This document shows positions 8,008-18,300 of a stretch of DNA of 37,689 nucleotides, in pieces. Both the position numbers and the translations under genes were made by a program. The notes beneath the pieces were generated by a model. The model saw only the letters and a program-made list of their open reading frames with translations. It had not been told where the DNA came from and searched no databases. This DNA is from a virus (taxonomy: Duplodnaviria; Caudoviricetes): the IMG/VR virus record IMGVR_UViG_3300027863_001395, positions 1 to 37,689 of that record; one strand, written 5' to 3'. How positions within the stretch are numbered: position 1 is the first letter of the stretch; each line of letters starts with the position of its first letter.

Positions 8008-9057
8008 ATGGAAACAAACATTATTGAAGTAAACCATGAGACGTTGGCCAGGGATTTAGAGTATTTTTGGAAAAACTTTAGACCATCTCCTGCCGTCGGA
8101 ATAGTTGGAGAACCTGGTATTGGCAAAACTGAAATTGTTCAAAATGTGGCAAGAAAATTAAATTTAGAATACGTTTACTATAATCCCGTAAGAAGAAACC
8201 CTAACACTGTAACAGGAATTCCTTTCGTCAAAGGAGATTATGCAAAATGGATACCTTTTGAGACCTTCAAGTTTCTTCCAGAAAAAACTTATGTCTTCCA
8301 CATTGATGAACTGACCAATGCACCTCCAATGATACAAGCATCTTTGTTGAACGTTATCCTTGAAAGGAAAGCTGAAGACTTCACTATCCCTGACAATGTT
8401 CACATTGTAACATCAGGCAATCTCTCATCTCATTCAAAGGCTTCTTTTGACTTCATTGAACCGCTACCATCAAGGTTGGCATTGTATCAGCTGAAGCCTC
8501 CGACAGCAGAAGAGTGGGGAATATGGGCTGTCCAAAACGGTGTCCATCCTCTCATAATCACTTTCATTCATCTTAACCCTAACCTCTTATTAGAGAAAAA
8601 CGGTACTGTCTTATATGCTACTCCACGTGGCTGGGCGAGAGCAGGAAAATTCGTAAAAGATGAACTTTCTTTAGAGGATATGGGAAGAATTGTTTCATCT
8701 TTTGTTGGAGTGAATGCGGGGATTGCTTTCAGAAATTGGGCTGTAATAAGAGACCAACTGCCACGAAGTCTCGAAGATGCTCTGCTCTTGAAGGATGAAA
8801 AGTTTCTTAACGCTTTAAAGGAGGAGAAAACTGATGTCATATTCTACACAATCACTTCTCTTACAAAAAGCGAAATCTTGACGAAAAGGTTCAACGACGT
8901 GCCAAAGTTTATTGAAGCACTTGAACCAGAATTTCAAATTATAGCCTTTAGAATGTTTAGAACGAATGAGAAATGGTTTACAATGCTTAACACGAACAAA
9001 AGATTACAGGATTGGGCGATTTCAAAAATAAAGGAGTGGGGTGCTACTGTAAGATGA
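8008..9057 (+). CDS. MoxR-like AAA+ ATPase
   Basis: Walker A GEPGIGKT, Walker B FHIDE, TSGN sensor, PLPSR, TPRGW. Confidence 0.92.
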   Translation: METNIIEVNHETLARDLEYFWKNFRPSPAVGIVGEPGIGKTEIVQNVARKLNLEYVYYNPVRRNPNTVTGIPFVKGDYAKWIPFETFKFLPEKTYVFHIDELTNAPPMIQASLLNVILERKAEDFTIPDNVHIVTSGNLSSHSKASFDFIEPLPSRLALYQLKPPTAEEWGIWAVQNGVHPLIITFIHLNPNLLLEKNGTVLYATPRGWARAGKFVKDELSLEDMGRIVSSFVGVNAGIAFRNWAVIRDQLPRSLEDALLLKDEKFLNALKEEKTDVIFYTITSLTKSEILTKRFNDVPKFIEALEPEFQIIAFRMFRTNEKWFTMLNTNKRLQDWAISKIKEWGATVR

Positions 9058-10205
9058 AGGACAAGAAAGAACTGCTTAAGGAACTGAAAAGAAGGATTGT
9101 CTTCAAATACTTTAATCCTTTCGTGGCAGTCTTCAGCCACCTTATTTTAAAAGCGGACATTGACTTCGTTGACATGACATCAGATGAATTGGAATGTTAC
9201 GCCTTTACCGACGGAGAAAAAATTTTTATTCCAAAAGATGTCAGAGAATGGGATACTGAAAAGATTGCTGTCGTAGTCTTACATGAGATACTTCATCTTT
9301 GTAGAGACGATTTTGAACGAAGCCAACACGTGGAAAGTCCAGAACTCTGGAATCAACTTTCTGACGCATATATTAACAAATGGATTTTGAAAGGAGGATT
9401 TGAAGAGGATGATTTACCGGAATACTGTATAACGGAAAGCATGTTTTCTGATGTGCTAGGAAAAAATTGGACAGAAAATTATACAACAGAACAGGCTTAC
9501 ACTCTCCTGATAAGGAAAGGTGGTAAACCTTTTTCGTTTCCAAAACATCATGTGAGTATTAAAGAGTCTAAAAGACAGCCGAAGAAGATTAATGAATGGA
9601 GAGAAACATTTGAGAGTATATTTGGAATGTATGGTCTCGATACAGCAGATTTTCAGAAAATAAAAAATGAGATTATAGGTTCTCCTCCTCTTGACCTTCC
9701 AGCAGTCTTGAACAAGATTTTCAGAAGCCTTGTTCCAGAAGATTACAGTCACATAGAATATGATAAGGTTCTTTGGGCAAACGAGGGACTATATTTGCCT
9801 GACGTAGTAGGTTTCCAGAAAGCGAACATATTATTCTGTATAGACGTGAGCGGTTCAATAACCGTTGAAATGGCAAAAAAGTTTGTGAACATAGCATATT
9901 CTACCATGAAAAAATATCATCTTAAAGAAGCAGACTTCCTATACTTTGACTCGAAAATAAAGAACATAGAGAGGAGGAAAAGAGATTTTACAGAATTTTC
10001 TTACAGTGGAGGAGGAACATCATATGTTGACGTTTTCAAATTTCTTGAAACAAACTCTTACGATTTAGTGGTCATTTTAACAGACGGATACGGAGACTAT
10101 CCTGACGAGAAATTGGATGTTACGATTGTATGGGCTATACCGAGAGGAGGATATACGAGAGAAGCGAGAGAATATGGTGATGTTATAGAATTGCCACGTG
10201 TCTGA
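9054..10205 (+). CDS. Metallopeptidase-like (HExxH) plus VWA domain protein (DUF2201-type)
   Basis: AFTDG, LHEILH, MIDAS DVSGS...GGGT...LTDG; ATGA overlap with ATPase stop. Confidence 0.9.
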   Translation: MKDKKELLKELKRRIVFKYFNPFVAVFSHLILKADIDFVDMTSDELECYAFTDGEKIFIPKDVREWDTEKIAVVVLHEILHLCRDDFERSQHVESPELWNQLSDAYINKWILKGGFEEDDLPEYCITESMFSDVLGKNWTENYTTEQAYTLLIRKGGKPFSFPKHHVSIKESKRQPKKINEWRETFESIFGMYGLDTADFQKIKNEIIGSPPLDLPAVLNKIFRSLVPEDYSHIEYDKVLWANEGLYLPDVVGFQKANILFCIDVSGSITVEMAKKFVNIAYSTMKKYHLKEADFLYFDSKIKNIERRKRDFTEFSYSGGGTSYVDVFKFLETNSYDLVVILTDGYGDYPDEKLDVTIVWAIPRGGYTREAREYGDVIELPRV

Positions 10206-10216
10206 GGTGATATAAG

Positions 10217-10501
10217 ATGATGGAAAGAAAACCATGTTTCAGGCACATAGAAAGTCAAATTTATCAACTTTTAATAAGTAAATTGAGGCCTTCAGAGAAA
10301 AGGATTTTGCGAACATGTCTTCCAACAATATTGGGAAACTTTAATTCAACCAAACTTTTTGCAGAGGACAGAAGCTTCTTTCTTTTAATTGAGAGAATAA
10401 GCGGTAGGTTTAAGATTCTTGTCGTGAAAACGTCTACTTCAACTGTTACGGTAGAGGATGTCCTTCAACTGGTTTCAAATAAGGCGATGATGAAAGTATG
10501 A
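10217..10501 (+). CDS. Hypothetical protein
   Basis: GAGGTGA RBS, operonic. Confidence 0.7.
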   Translation: MMERKPCFRHIESQIYQLLISKLRPSEKRILRTCLPTILGNFNSTKLFAEDRSFFLLIERISGRFKILVVKTSTSTVTVEDVLQLVSNKAMMKV

Positions 10502-10914
10502 ATGAGAAAATGTTTAATGAACTGCTTAAGAGAGTAAAGTTGGAAGAAAATTCTTCGGTTCTCAGGAGACCAATTTCTTTTAAAGCGATAGAAATTTCTT
10601 CAACAGAAATAGATGTTTCCTACACCATTGCCCCTGAAGACCTGCCACGTGACTTGAGAAGAACATTTTTAAGATATCTTTCAATTTTCCCACCTCATAT
10701 AACGGGAATGCCTCACATTTCTATTCTTCAAAATGAGGAAACGGGAACAGACTACTATATTGAACTTTTCAGGAGAAAAATTGTTGTCGGAAGAGTAATT
10801 TCCAAAGGATATGAAGGAGAAATCATATTACCTTGTCCAGAAAGAGCCCTCTGTGCATTAGAAAATATGGTGAATGAATATGAGTGTTGGAGAAGAGGAG
10901 AAAGACAAGATTGA
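10498..10914 (+). CDS. Hypothetical protein
   Basis: ATGA overlap. Confidence 0.7.
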   Translation: MNEKMFNELLKRVKLEENSSVLRRPISFKAIEISSTEIDVSYTIAPEDLPRDLRRTFLRYLSIFPPHITGMPHISILQNEETGTDYYIELFRRKIVVGRVISKGYEGEIILPCPERALCALENMVNEYECWRRGERQD

Positions 10915-11200
10915 AGTCAGATGGGTGCTTCACGAGAGCGGAAAATATTTTAACGAGTACCACCTGTGCAAGAACGATAGAATGAACCATTTTGTGAGAA
11001 TAGTTGAAGTGAAGACGGAAAATGGTGTCTTCTACAAGTTCAAGGATTCTGCAAGAAAAATTTTTATACCCAATATGACAAAAGGAAATCTCGAAGAATA
11101 TTTGAGGAGGAGAAACATGCCACTACTTCATGAGACAAGATATTATAGGCCGAGAAAGAAGGCTGAAATAAGAGGGTTTGAGAAGGTGTATCATAAATGA
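10874..11200 (+). CDS. Hypothetical basic protein (start uncertain)
   Basis: Operonic ORF. Confidence 0.6.
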   Translation: MNMSVGEEEKDKIEVRWVLHESGKYFNEYHLCKNDRMNHFVRIVEVKTENGVFYKFKDSARKIFIPNMTKGNLEEYLRRRNMPLLHETRYYRPRKKAEIRGFEKVYHK

Positions 11201-11346
11201 ATATTATAACATTAATTGGTCTATGGCTGTGTATTGACGGCTCAGTAAGCATTCTCGTTTACCATAGGCAGACACTGAAAGAGCATCTTGTGAGATTGAT
11301 AAGATATCTTCTTGGAATGTATCTTATCCTCGTGTCCGTTTACTAA
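11197..11346 (+). CDS. 49-aa two-TM membrane protein
   Basis: Manually translated MNIITLIGLWLCIDGSVSILVYHRQTLKEHLVRLIRYLLGMYLILVSVY; ATGA overlap. Confidence 0.6.
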   Translation: MNIITLIGLWLCIDGSVSILVYHRQTLKEHLVRLIRYLLGMYLILVSVY

Positions 11347-11464
11347 AGTTATGTTCTTGTATAACCTGTGTCATCCAATTTTTCTTCAATTTTTCTTGGA
11401 ACATATTCTATAAAAAATAGAGTAATCTTTATAAATTGGTTACCTGACAATAAGATGATAATAT

Positions 11465-11818
11465 ATGAGTGTTCAAGAGAAGTTTAGAACTCATTTGACA
11501 AAGTTTTTGAGAAAAAAGGTTATTAAAGCAAAAACAGCGAAGGATATGAGAAAAGTGAGAAAATATCTTTTCCGTTACCTGAATAGGATAGGAAAGAAGG
11601 TTGGTTTTGAAATAAAAGAAGAACATGAAATGCCTAAACTTGTCGAATATCTTTTGTCAAATGGGCATATTTCTAAAACCATGTGGATGGCGTTAACAGA
11701 CTTCATAGCCTTCCTCGATGTCATCGAATATCAGGAGAAACTTGTTGGTGGAGAAAAACAGCTTTTACATGCATGTATCAGTGAAATGAAGAGGGTGGGA
11801 ACAGATGAAGACTTCTAG
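11465..11818 (+). CDS. Basic hypothetical protein
   Basis: TTTATAAA upstream; 117 aa. Confidence 0.75.
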   Translation: MSVQEKFRTHLTKFLRKKVIKAKTAKDMRKVRKYLFRYLNRIGKKVGFEIKEEHEMPKLVEYLLSNGHISKTMWMALTDFIAFLDVIEYQEKLVGGEKQLLHACISEMKRVGTDEDF

Positions 11819-12098
11819 TATCGCATTAATTGTCTTTCTCGCCATAATACTTGGGACAACATTTGTTATCTCATCTTTTTCTTTCGTAAGTGTAACCTCA
11901 AACTTTAACGTTTTCGAGAACATGACATCTAACATCTTCAACCAATATAATGTTTCAAATGAAATGAGAAGCTTGTATTGGAATAGAATTGTAGAACCTG
12001 TAAAGGAAATGATGGACTTCGTATTCTATATGCTGTTCTTGACCTTAATAATCTGTGTCCTAGTTATCTTGGTTGAAGTGTTTGCGAGAAGATTATAA
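11805..12098 (+). CDS. Two-TM membrane protein
   Basis: N- and C-terminal hydrophobic helices, NxS/T sequons in the loop. Confidence 0.75.
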   Translation: MKTSSIALIVFLAIILGTTFVISSFSFVSVTSNFNVFENMTSNIFNQYNVSNEMRSLYWNRIVEPVKEMMDFVFYMLFLTLIICVLVILVEVFARRL

Positions 12099-12347
12099 TC
12101 CTAATGCTTCAAGAACTTCATTTTTGAGAATACTTAAGTCGACGACAATTCTGACAGTGTCCGCTTCAAGATAATCCATTGGATTGGACAGGAAGCTTTC
12201 AACTTGGTCGGTCAGTTCCTCGAAAACCTTTGTCTGAAAAATTTCACTTCCCTCAAGAATTTCTCTCTCTGTTAATCCTGCAAAAGTTTCTGAATCAACT
12301 CCTAATTCTGCTAAAATGTCTTCAGCCTCTCTTCTACTGAGTGGCAT
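12093..12347 (-). CDS. Acidic small protein (MPLSRRE...)
   Basis: Leaderless-type, GTTAAATA box upstream. Confidence 0.75.
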   Translation of the reverse strand: MPLSRREAEDILAELGVDSETFAGLTEREILEGSEIFQTKVFEELTDQVESFLSNPMDYLEADTVRIVVDLSILKNEVLEALGL

Positions 12348-12425
12348 AGTTTATCTTCTACAAAGTCTTCTATTTAACTTTTTCTAAAGCAAGATTTAAA
12401 TATTTGAGAAGAAAACATGTTCTGT

Positions 12426-12800
12426 ATGCCCCTATATTGTGTCATATGTGATGAGGAAGCGGACAGTGAACATGAGATGATAAAACATCTTATGACACAT
12501 TCTTCAGTACTAAAAGATTTTCTCACTTCACCAGATTTTGTGGACGTGGTCGAAGAATATGAGTCTCTGGTCATAGAATGGTATGTTGAAGACATCGATG
12601 AAGAGACGGGCGAGAAAACGGGAGAACTAATATGTACTGAATGTGGTGCTATCATAAAAGACAACTGGTATGATATGGTAGAACATATTGTTGACAGTCA
12701 TGCGAAAGAGTTTTGGGAAAATATTGGATACTGGTTTGGCGACGACGACTTCTATGAGTTTGTAAAAGAGAATCTTGATGCCTATGTCTACAAAACATGA
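12426..12800 (+). CDS. Acidic tandem C2H2 zinc-finger protein, paralogue of 5599..5943
   Basis: CVIC..HLMTH and CTEC..HIVDSH; TTTAAATA 12394-12401; alternative start 12417. Confidence 0.8.
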   Translation: MPLYCVICDEEADSEHEMIKHLMTHSSVLKDFLTSPDFVDVVEEYESLVIEWYVEDIDEETGEKTGELICTECGAIIKDNWYDMVEHIVDSHAKEFWENIGYWFGDDDFYEFVKENLDAYVYKT

Positions 12801-12807
12801 GGTTGAG

Positions 12808-12927
12808 GTGGAGGAAATTTTAAAGCAGTTGAGGAAACTGAAGGAAGAAGAGAAGACGTTGTTAAAGAAGCTTATCGAGTTATGCAGAAAGTATCAGTTG
12901 TCAGTTGACTTGGAAGAATTCGATTAA
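12808..12927 (+). CDS. 39-aa coiled-coil peptide
   Basis: GTG start, MEEILKQLRKLKEEEKTLLKKLIELCRKYQLSVDLEEFD; TTAA stop overlap with next gene. Confidence 0.5.
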   Translation: MEEILKQLRKLKEEEKTLLKKLIELCRKYQLSVDLEEFD

Positions 12928-13346
12928 GGATTCCTGTATTTCAGGTCATCGATATCGTACTTCAAGCTTCTTATAGCGTCTTCTATGTCTCTTAGTGCAC
13001 CCTGTAATGGTTCAGTGTACATTCCGCCACCGAATGTTAGACTGCCTTCAATCTTATCTAGTTTGTCGCAAATTCTATCCAAAGCGCCTAAGACGTCGTT
13101 TAACCCTATTGGCTTAAGATTATCCATCTTCTTGACATACTCATCTAATCGGGCATTTGTTAAATTCAACTCCTTTCTTATCTCCTCAAACTGCCTGTTT
13201 ATTGCCTGAAGAGTGTTAGTAATTTGCTGGGAAACAGATGTCAAACCATCTGCAGCCTTAAGAAACTTCTCACTTGCAACACTAATCTTCTCAACAATCT
13301 TGTCTAAATCCTTTTCAGGTTTTGACTTAAATAGTCCAAACACCAT
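12924..13346 (-). CDS. Coiled-coil hypothetical protein
   Basis: GGAGGTGG RBS, TTTATAAA...TTATACTA promoter. Confidence 0.8.
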   Translation of the reverse strand: MVFGLFKSKPEKDLDKIVEKISVASEKFLKAADGLTSVSQQITNTLQAINRQFEEIRKELNLTNARLDEYVKKMDNLKPIGLNDVLGALDRICDKLDKIEGSLTFGGGMYTEPLQGALRDIEDAIRSLKYDIDDLKYRNP

Positions 13347-13400
13347 TTTTCCTCCACCTCCATCATAGTATAAGATGAAGAGGTTTATAAACTTTTTTGA

Positions 13401-13479
13401 TGGTGGGGTCGGTAGGATTTGAACCTACGATTCCACAGTTCCAGGCTGTGAGGCCTAGACCAGGCTAGCTGACAACCCC
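13401..13479 (-). tRNA. tRNA-Pro(UGG), atypical (C33, A37), CCA encoded
   Basis: GGGGTTG/CGACCCC acceptor stem, D-loop AGCCTGGTCTA, CACAG-CCTGGAA-CTGTG anticodon arm, GTAGG-TTCAAAT-CCTAC T-arm, ACCA end; TTTATATA at 13503-13510 and T-run after. Confidence 0.88.
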
Positions 13480-13625
13480 GTCAGATTATCTTTTGAAGAA
13501 GTTATATAAACTTTGTTTTCCACGTGATAGGAAAATGAGCTTATGACACCATCCTTCTTCTACACCTAAAACCCTCTAACAAAATTTATAAATATGTTTT
13601 TGGGGAGGAGAAAACGTGATAAGAA

Positions 13626-13868
13626 ATGGATGAATTAGATAAAAGGTTAAGTGAAGTCTTTGACAAGGCTAAGGAGATTGCTACCTTCAAAAGCAACGTC
13701 TACCAAGACCTCTGGAAAAGGTTGGACACGGACATTATCATGTCAACCATCAAACTCAAGATTGAAAGAGCCTCAGTATGCACTGACAGGGAGAAGAAGA
13801 TAGACGACCTCATTGATGTTATCAACTATACAGCCTTCTTGATAGCGAGGTTGACAACAGATACATAG
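13626..13868 (+). CDS. DUF1599/Nmad1-like small all-alpha protein
   Basis: K..Y...W...KIER...DDLIDVINY motif. Confidence 0.65.
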   Translation: MDELDKRLSEVFDKAKEIATFKSNVYQDLWKRLDTDIIMSTIKLKIERASVCTDREKKIDDLIDVINYTAFLIARLTTDT

Positions 13869-13880
13869 GTAACCAGATAC

Positions 13881-14033
13881 TTAGGTAAGCATAGAAAACA
13901 AGAGTATAACAAGAAATGTTAGAATGGACAGTATGATGAGAACGTTTCTTATCTTCTCCACCCTTTTTCTTTTTCCACCCTTGTAAAGTTTTACTCTTAT
14001 CTTTTCTCCTACACCAACTTTTTCTTCAGGCAT
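13881..14033 (-). CDS. 50-aa tail-anchored membrane protein
   Basis: Manually translated MPEEKVGVGEKIRVKLYKGGKRKRVEKIRNVLIILSILTFLVILLFSMLT; CTTAAATA box upstream. Confidence 0.6.
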   Translation of the reverse strand: MPEEKVGVGEKIRVKLYKGGKRKRVEKIRNVLIILSILTFLVILLFSMLT

Positions 14034-14087
14034 AAAAGATTTTATAAACAGAAAGGTATTTAAGGATTATTGTGGAAAAGAAAACGT

Positions 14088-14546
14088 ATGTCGTCTTACG
14101 AGTCAAGTGTCAAACTGAAGGGAAGAATTTTTGCAAGACTATATAATGGAGACGGTGTTTCACTGATAGCGTACACTCCAAACGTTATAACCACAACCGG
14201 TATCAATAACCTGATACGAAAGGCTGTTGGACAATCTTCTGGTCAGCCTGCTGGTGCACAGTTTGTTGCAGTTGGAACAGGTGCTGGAACAATCTCTGCG
14301 GGTTCAACACTTCTTGCCAACGAAATAGACAGGATTAGTGCATCATATTCTGAGCCCGCTTCGGCACAGTGGATGGAGGACGCAATCTTTGGCCCAGGTA
14401 GAGCGATTGGAACGATTACGGAAGCAGGATGCTTTAACTCTCTAAACTCTGGTGCAGGTGTAATGTTGGCGGGGCAAAACCTTAGTGTTACAAAGACTTC
14501 AGCGGACACGTTGGAAATACAGTGGATTTTCAGCATATCCTCATAG
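14088..14546 (+). CDS. Virion tail-collar/baseplate-like structural protein
   Basis: NVITTTG..AVGTG..TLLANEIDR..ITEAGCF..VTKTSADTLEIQW pattern of phage tail-collar domains. Confidence 0.7.
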   Translation: MSSYESSVKLKGRIFARLYNGDGVSLIAYTPNVITTTGINNLIRKAVGQSSGQPAGAQFVAVGTGAGTISAGSTLLANEIDRISASYSEPASAQWMEDAIFGPGRAIGTITEAGCFNSLNSGAGVMLAGQNLSVTKTSADTLEIQWIFSISS

Positions 14547-14612
14547 CAGTCTCATATTTTTTGCTTCATAAAGGAAAACGTTTATTTACTGCAATGTTAA
14601 ACATATTTATTG

Positions 14613-14879
14613 ATGACTGTAAAACTGCTTTCTGTTGAAATGGACAATGTTAGAGTAATATCGAACGGTCAAGAGGAATATTATACAATCTATCCCAAAA
14701 GCAAGAGTATAACCTTTTCCCAACTGAAAAGTATTATCAAGGAGATGAAAGACTACAATTTTGTTGGCGTGTCAGTTGACAGGCGAGGACTGTTCCTCAT
14801 CTTTTCCAGGCACAAAAACTATTCTTCCGAAAACAGTTCAATAGCGTCTTCTACTTCACTCCAGTCTTCGAAGGCATAG
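14613..14879 (+). CDS. Hypothetical protein
   Basis: TATA-like box at 14581; 3' end overlaps HAD gene. Confidence 0.55.
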   Translation: MTVKLLSVEMDNVRVISNGQEEYYTIYPKSKSITFSQLKSIIKEMKDYNFVGVSVDRRGLFLIFSRHKNYSSENSSIASSTSLQSSKA

Positions 14880-15307
14880 TCTGCTTTAATCCAATGTTTT
14901 TTGTTATAGTCTTTCTTAAACAATAATCTTATCCCCTTGAATCCTCCCATTTCAACCCAAAGGTCTTCTATCATCACGTCAGTGTCTGAAGAATATTTTT
15001 GCACTTTATAGTCGAAGGGAATAAACTTTATTGAAACAATATCATGTAATGGTGTGTTCTCATACCATTTTTTTACCGCTTCCCTTTCCTGTTCTCTTGT
15101 CACAATCTTAACATCATGTCCATCTTCTACAAGCTTCAAGACCGTTTCAACAGCATTTGGATAAAATTTTATTTTATCAGAATGTTCTCTCCAGACAATA
15201 CTATACCATTTTCCCTTTTCTATCTCGTCAAACGGTTTCCCACTATATTTTTCCATAAGCTCTGGAGTGTTCACGAGTGTTCCATCCAAGTCCACTACTA
15301 TATTCAT
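14819..15307 (-). CDS. HAD-superfamily 5'(3')-deoxyribonucleotidase-like phosphatase
   Basis: VVDLDGTL (motif I), IVTR (II), K, MIED (IV), YN..DW C-terminus. Confidence 0.8.
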   Translation of the reverse strand: MNIVVDLDGTLVNTPELMEKYSGKPFDEIEKGKWYSIVWREHSDKIKFYPNAVETVLKLVEDGHDVKIVTREQEREAVKKWYENTPLHDIVSIKFIPFDYKVQKYSSDTDVMIEDLWVEMGGFKGIRLLFKKDYNKKHWIKADYAFEDWSEVEDAIELFSEE

Positions 15308-15333
15308 ATCCTATCATCGTCTGGAAAGATAAT

Positions 15334-18300
15334 TTAAAGTTTACGTTTCAAGTTTTCTATTATCTTCTTCAACTGGTCTTCCTTCTTTTTTCCACCTTCT
15401 TCCTTCTCTTCTGTCCTTGCACCTTCTCCTCCACCCTCTGCTGGTGCTTCTGGTGTTCCCTTTTCTGTTGGAGGAGGCGATGGTGGAGGCTTTTCTCCAT
15501 GAGGTGGTAGAGGCAATTCCATTCCACCTTCCTCTTCTTCCTCCTCTTCCTCATATTCTTCTTTAGGCTTTAGACCAAGCATTGTCCTAGCCTCATTCGT
15601 GTCTATGATACCAGACTTTTTCAAGTTGATGATAAGAGGAACTTTGCTTGCAAAACTCTCTTCTCTAACAGGCTTCCACACAATCTTTGGAACACCAAAT
15701 TCGTCCATGAGAACCTTCGCCATTTCACCGTAGAGAGAATACATTATTTTCGGGAAAAGGTCTTGCTCAAGCTGAGAGGCGATAGAGTTTCTAATACTCT
15801 GAATAAACGTGAAATATGCTTCTTGAACCATCTGAGCTGTGTTACCCTGATACGCTACTTTACCGTTTCTCATTGTCACATAAAATCCTGTTGATGTGCT
15901 GAAACAGTAAACTTTACCTTTATAATGTTCTTTTACAATCCTATTCTTTGGAACATATTTCAGTTTCCTCTTTGAGACAAAAATCCTGTAAACTCTTCTC
16001 CTATTACCTCTCTTGTCTTCATAATATGAAATGCTTGCCGAATAACCTAATTTGACCACTATTTCAAGAAAGTCTTTTGCAAGTTGCTCTGACGTAGTAT
16101 AATATGTTATTGAACCCTTTTTGTCAATACTTCCATCTCCTAATATCATGCTGTCGAAAAGTATCTTCAACTGTCTCTTTGAAAGGTTCTTATACTTTGA
16201 TGGAATATGTTTGTTATAGCATCTTTCTCCAAAGTTTGAGGAGAGAAATGTACACAACTGTTTTCCGTCAACGTTCCATCTGACACAATCTTTGTCCTCA
16301 TATTCGTGATAATGGAAGGGAAGTTTTGAAAGAATAGTTCTTATCTTCTCTATTTTCTCAACATTCTTTTTTGTCTGTGCGATTGTGAGAAGATGATGGT
16401 TTACTGTATCCATTCCGCCTTCAGAAAGATATATTCCAACAAAAGAAAGGAAATCGTCCATTTTCACTTTAACATTTTCTCTAAACTCTGTCCTAAACCC
16501 TTCTTTCAATTCAATAGAAGGTATAATCTCCCATTCTTCCTCATGTCCCTCCCATTCCATACTATTTGGTAATATAAGCTGTGAGCCTATAATGTCTTCA
16601 GCATGACCTGTCAACCATTTTCCATCCAAGTTCTTTTTATAGACAATCTTATGTTCTGGTGTGACAGCAATGTCAGTGTTCTTGTCAACAAAATGTATGA
16701 TTTCACCGTCATAATCGTAGGCATATAATTTGATTGGTTTCTCCAACCATGCTCTACCACTTTCAGGCTCATAAACTACTATCTTTTCACCCTCCTTCAC
16801 CTCATTATGAAGTTTCCAACCGTTTTCTGTTAGAACATAAGTGTCTTCAACATAACATGCTCTATTGAGTCCTTCTGGTGCGACAAAATGTTTTGGAACA
16901 GTTAGAGCATATGCTCTCTGGTTATGCAACCATTCTAGCCAAAACTGTGTTGTCTGGAGGCCTGAAATTGGTGGATTGATTGGCTGAACATCTGTTATGA
17001 GACCTGTTGTTCTAATGAAGACGTCGCTACCCGGTTTCCTTGAACTGAACGACCTCATTATCTCTCTAAACTGTTCTGCTGTAACCTCAGGGCCTCCTGT
17101 CGGTGAACCCACTTTAACCAAGAACATTGGTTTAACGTACACTTTCATAATCTGGGAAATTGTTTCCTCATATTCTTTCAAAAGTTCTTCATGGTAGAGT
17201 ATTGGTCTCAACATGCTTTCTCCATAAACTGAACCATACATTTCAGTAGAAGGCATATATCTTAAATGAAGTATTTCGTCTGCAAGAAATGTTACTATTG
17301 GAACAGCATACAGTTGAGCATAACCCAGCACTGTGTTATGTACAAGAATACCTGACTTGGAAAGATAGCTTTGTGAGCCTGGTACTTCAAAGTCATATAC
17401 AACTCCCTTATAGAATGTCTTTTCTATCTTCTTAACTTTTGCTATAACAAAGTCTCCGTAAGCGGATGCTCTTGTCTTTTGTTTAACTCCTTCATCCCAC
17501 TTTAATATGTCCAATGGTTCAACGAACGCTTGAATAGTATAATCTGGTCTTCCTTTATCATGTTTCATGTTGAGAGATGCGATTATTCCAAAACGTTTGA
17601 GAAGGAGAACTATGTCTTCTGCCAATCTCTTGTCTCTTGTGAAGTATTTGAAACATGTTCTTGTGTTCTTATGCCATCCATCTCCATCCCAGAGACCTTT
17701 AACAAAATATTTCAGTTGTGAAAGAGGTAGAGTATACAGCCAAGAAGGTAATTCATTTTTCTTAGGTAACAGGAACTTGCACAGAGAATAGAGCACACGA
17801 TTGTAAATGGAGAGACAAGGAAATGAGATTGGTTTTTTCTGTTCCTTCCATACGATTCTCTTCTCGGTTATCCTTTTGCTGAACTTTATATTGTTCTCTT
17901 TAAGCCATGTTTCTAAGAAAACATTATTTTTCACTGAATCTCCTGAAAACAAAATTTTTCCCGTCCTCCTTTTATCTGTTGAAAGACATCCATCGGATAT
18001 AATGAGACCGAGAAAATAAAGTAGACCATTTGATTCAACTCTATCTTTCATTTTCGCTTTCGAGTGCCAAGATATTACTGTGGCATCTTCTGGTATGGGA
18101 ACATTGTTTTCTTTGATAAAGTCAAGTGGTAGAATATGTTTTTTCCTGTAATGATTATATTCTTGTCTAGGATATTTGATACCTTTCCTCTTAAGATACT
18201 CAATCACTTTATCTTCATATTCTTCAACTTTAAGAGACTGTGATTGTATACCAAAATTGTGTAACTCTTCAATATCCATGTTTTCCATAAAAACTTTTGA

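Noticed and set aside
13401-13479. Reading the tRNA as Ser(GGA), or as an attachment site
   Set aside because: The 5-bp stem centres UGG and there is no long variable arm; no duplicated 3' end or integrase in the window
15360-15565. Glu/Pro-rich low-complexity stretch as a separate repeat element
   Set aside because: It is the in-frame disordered C-terminal tail of the portal, common in this family
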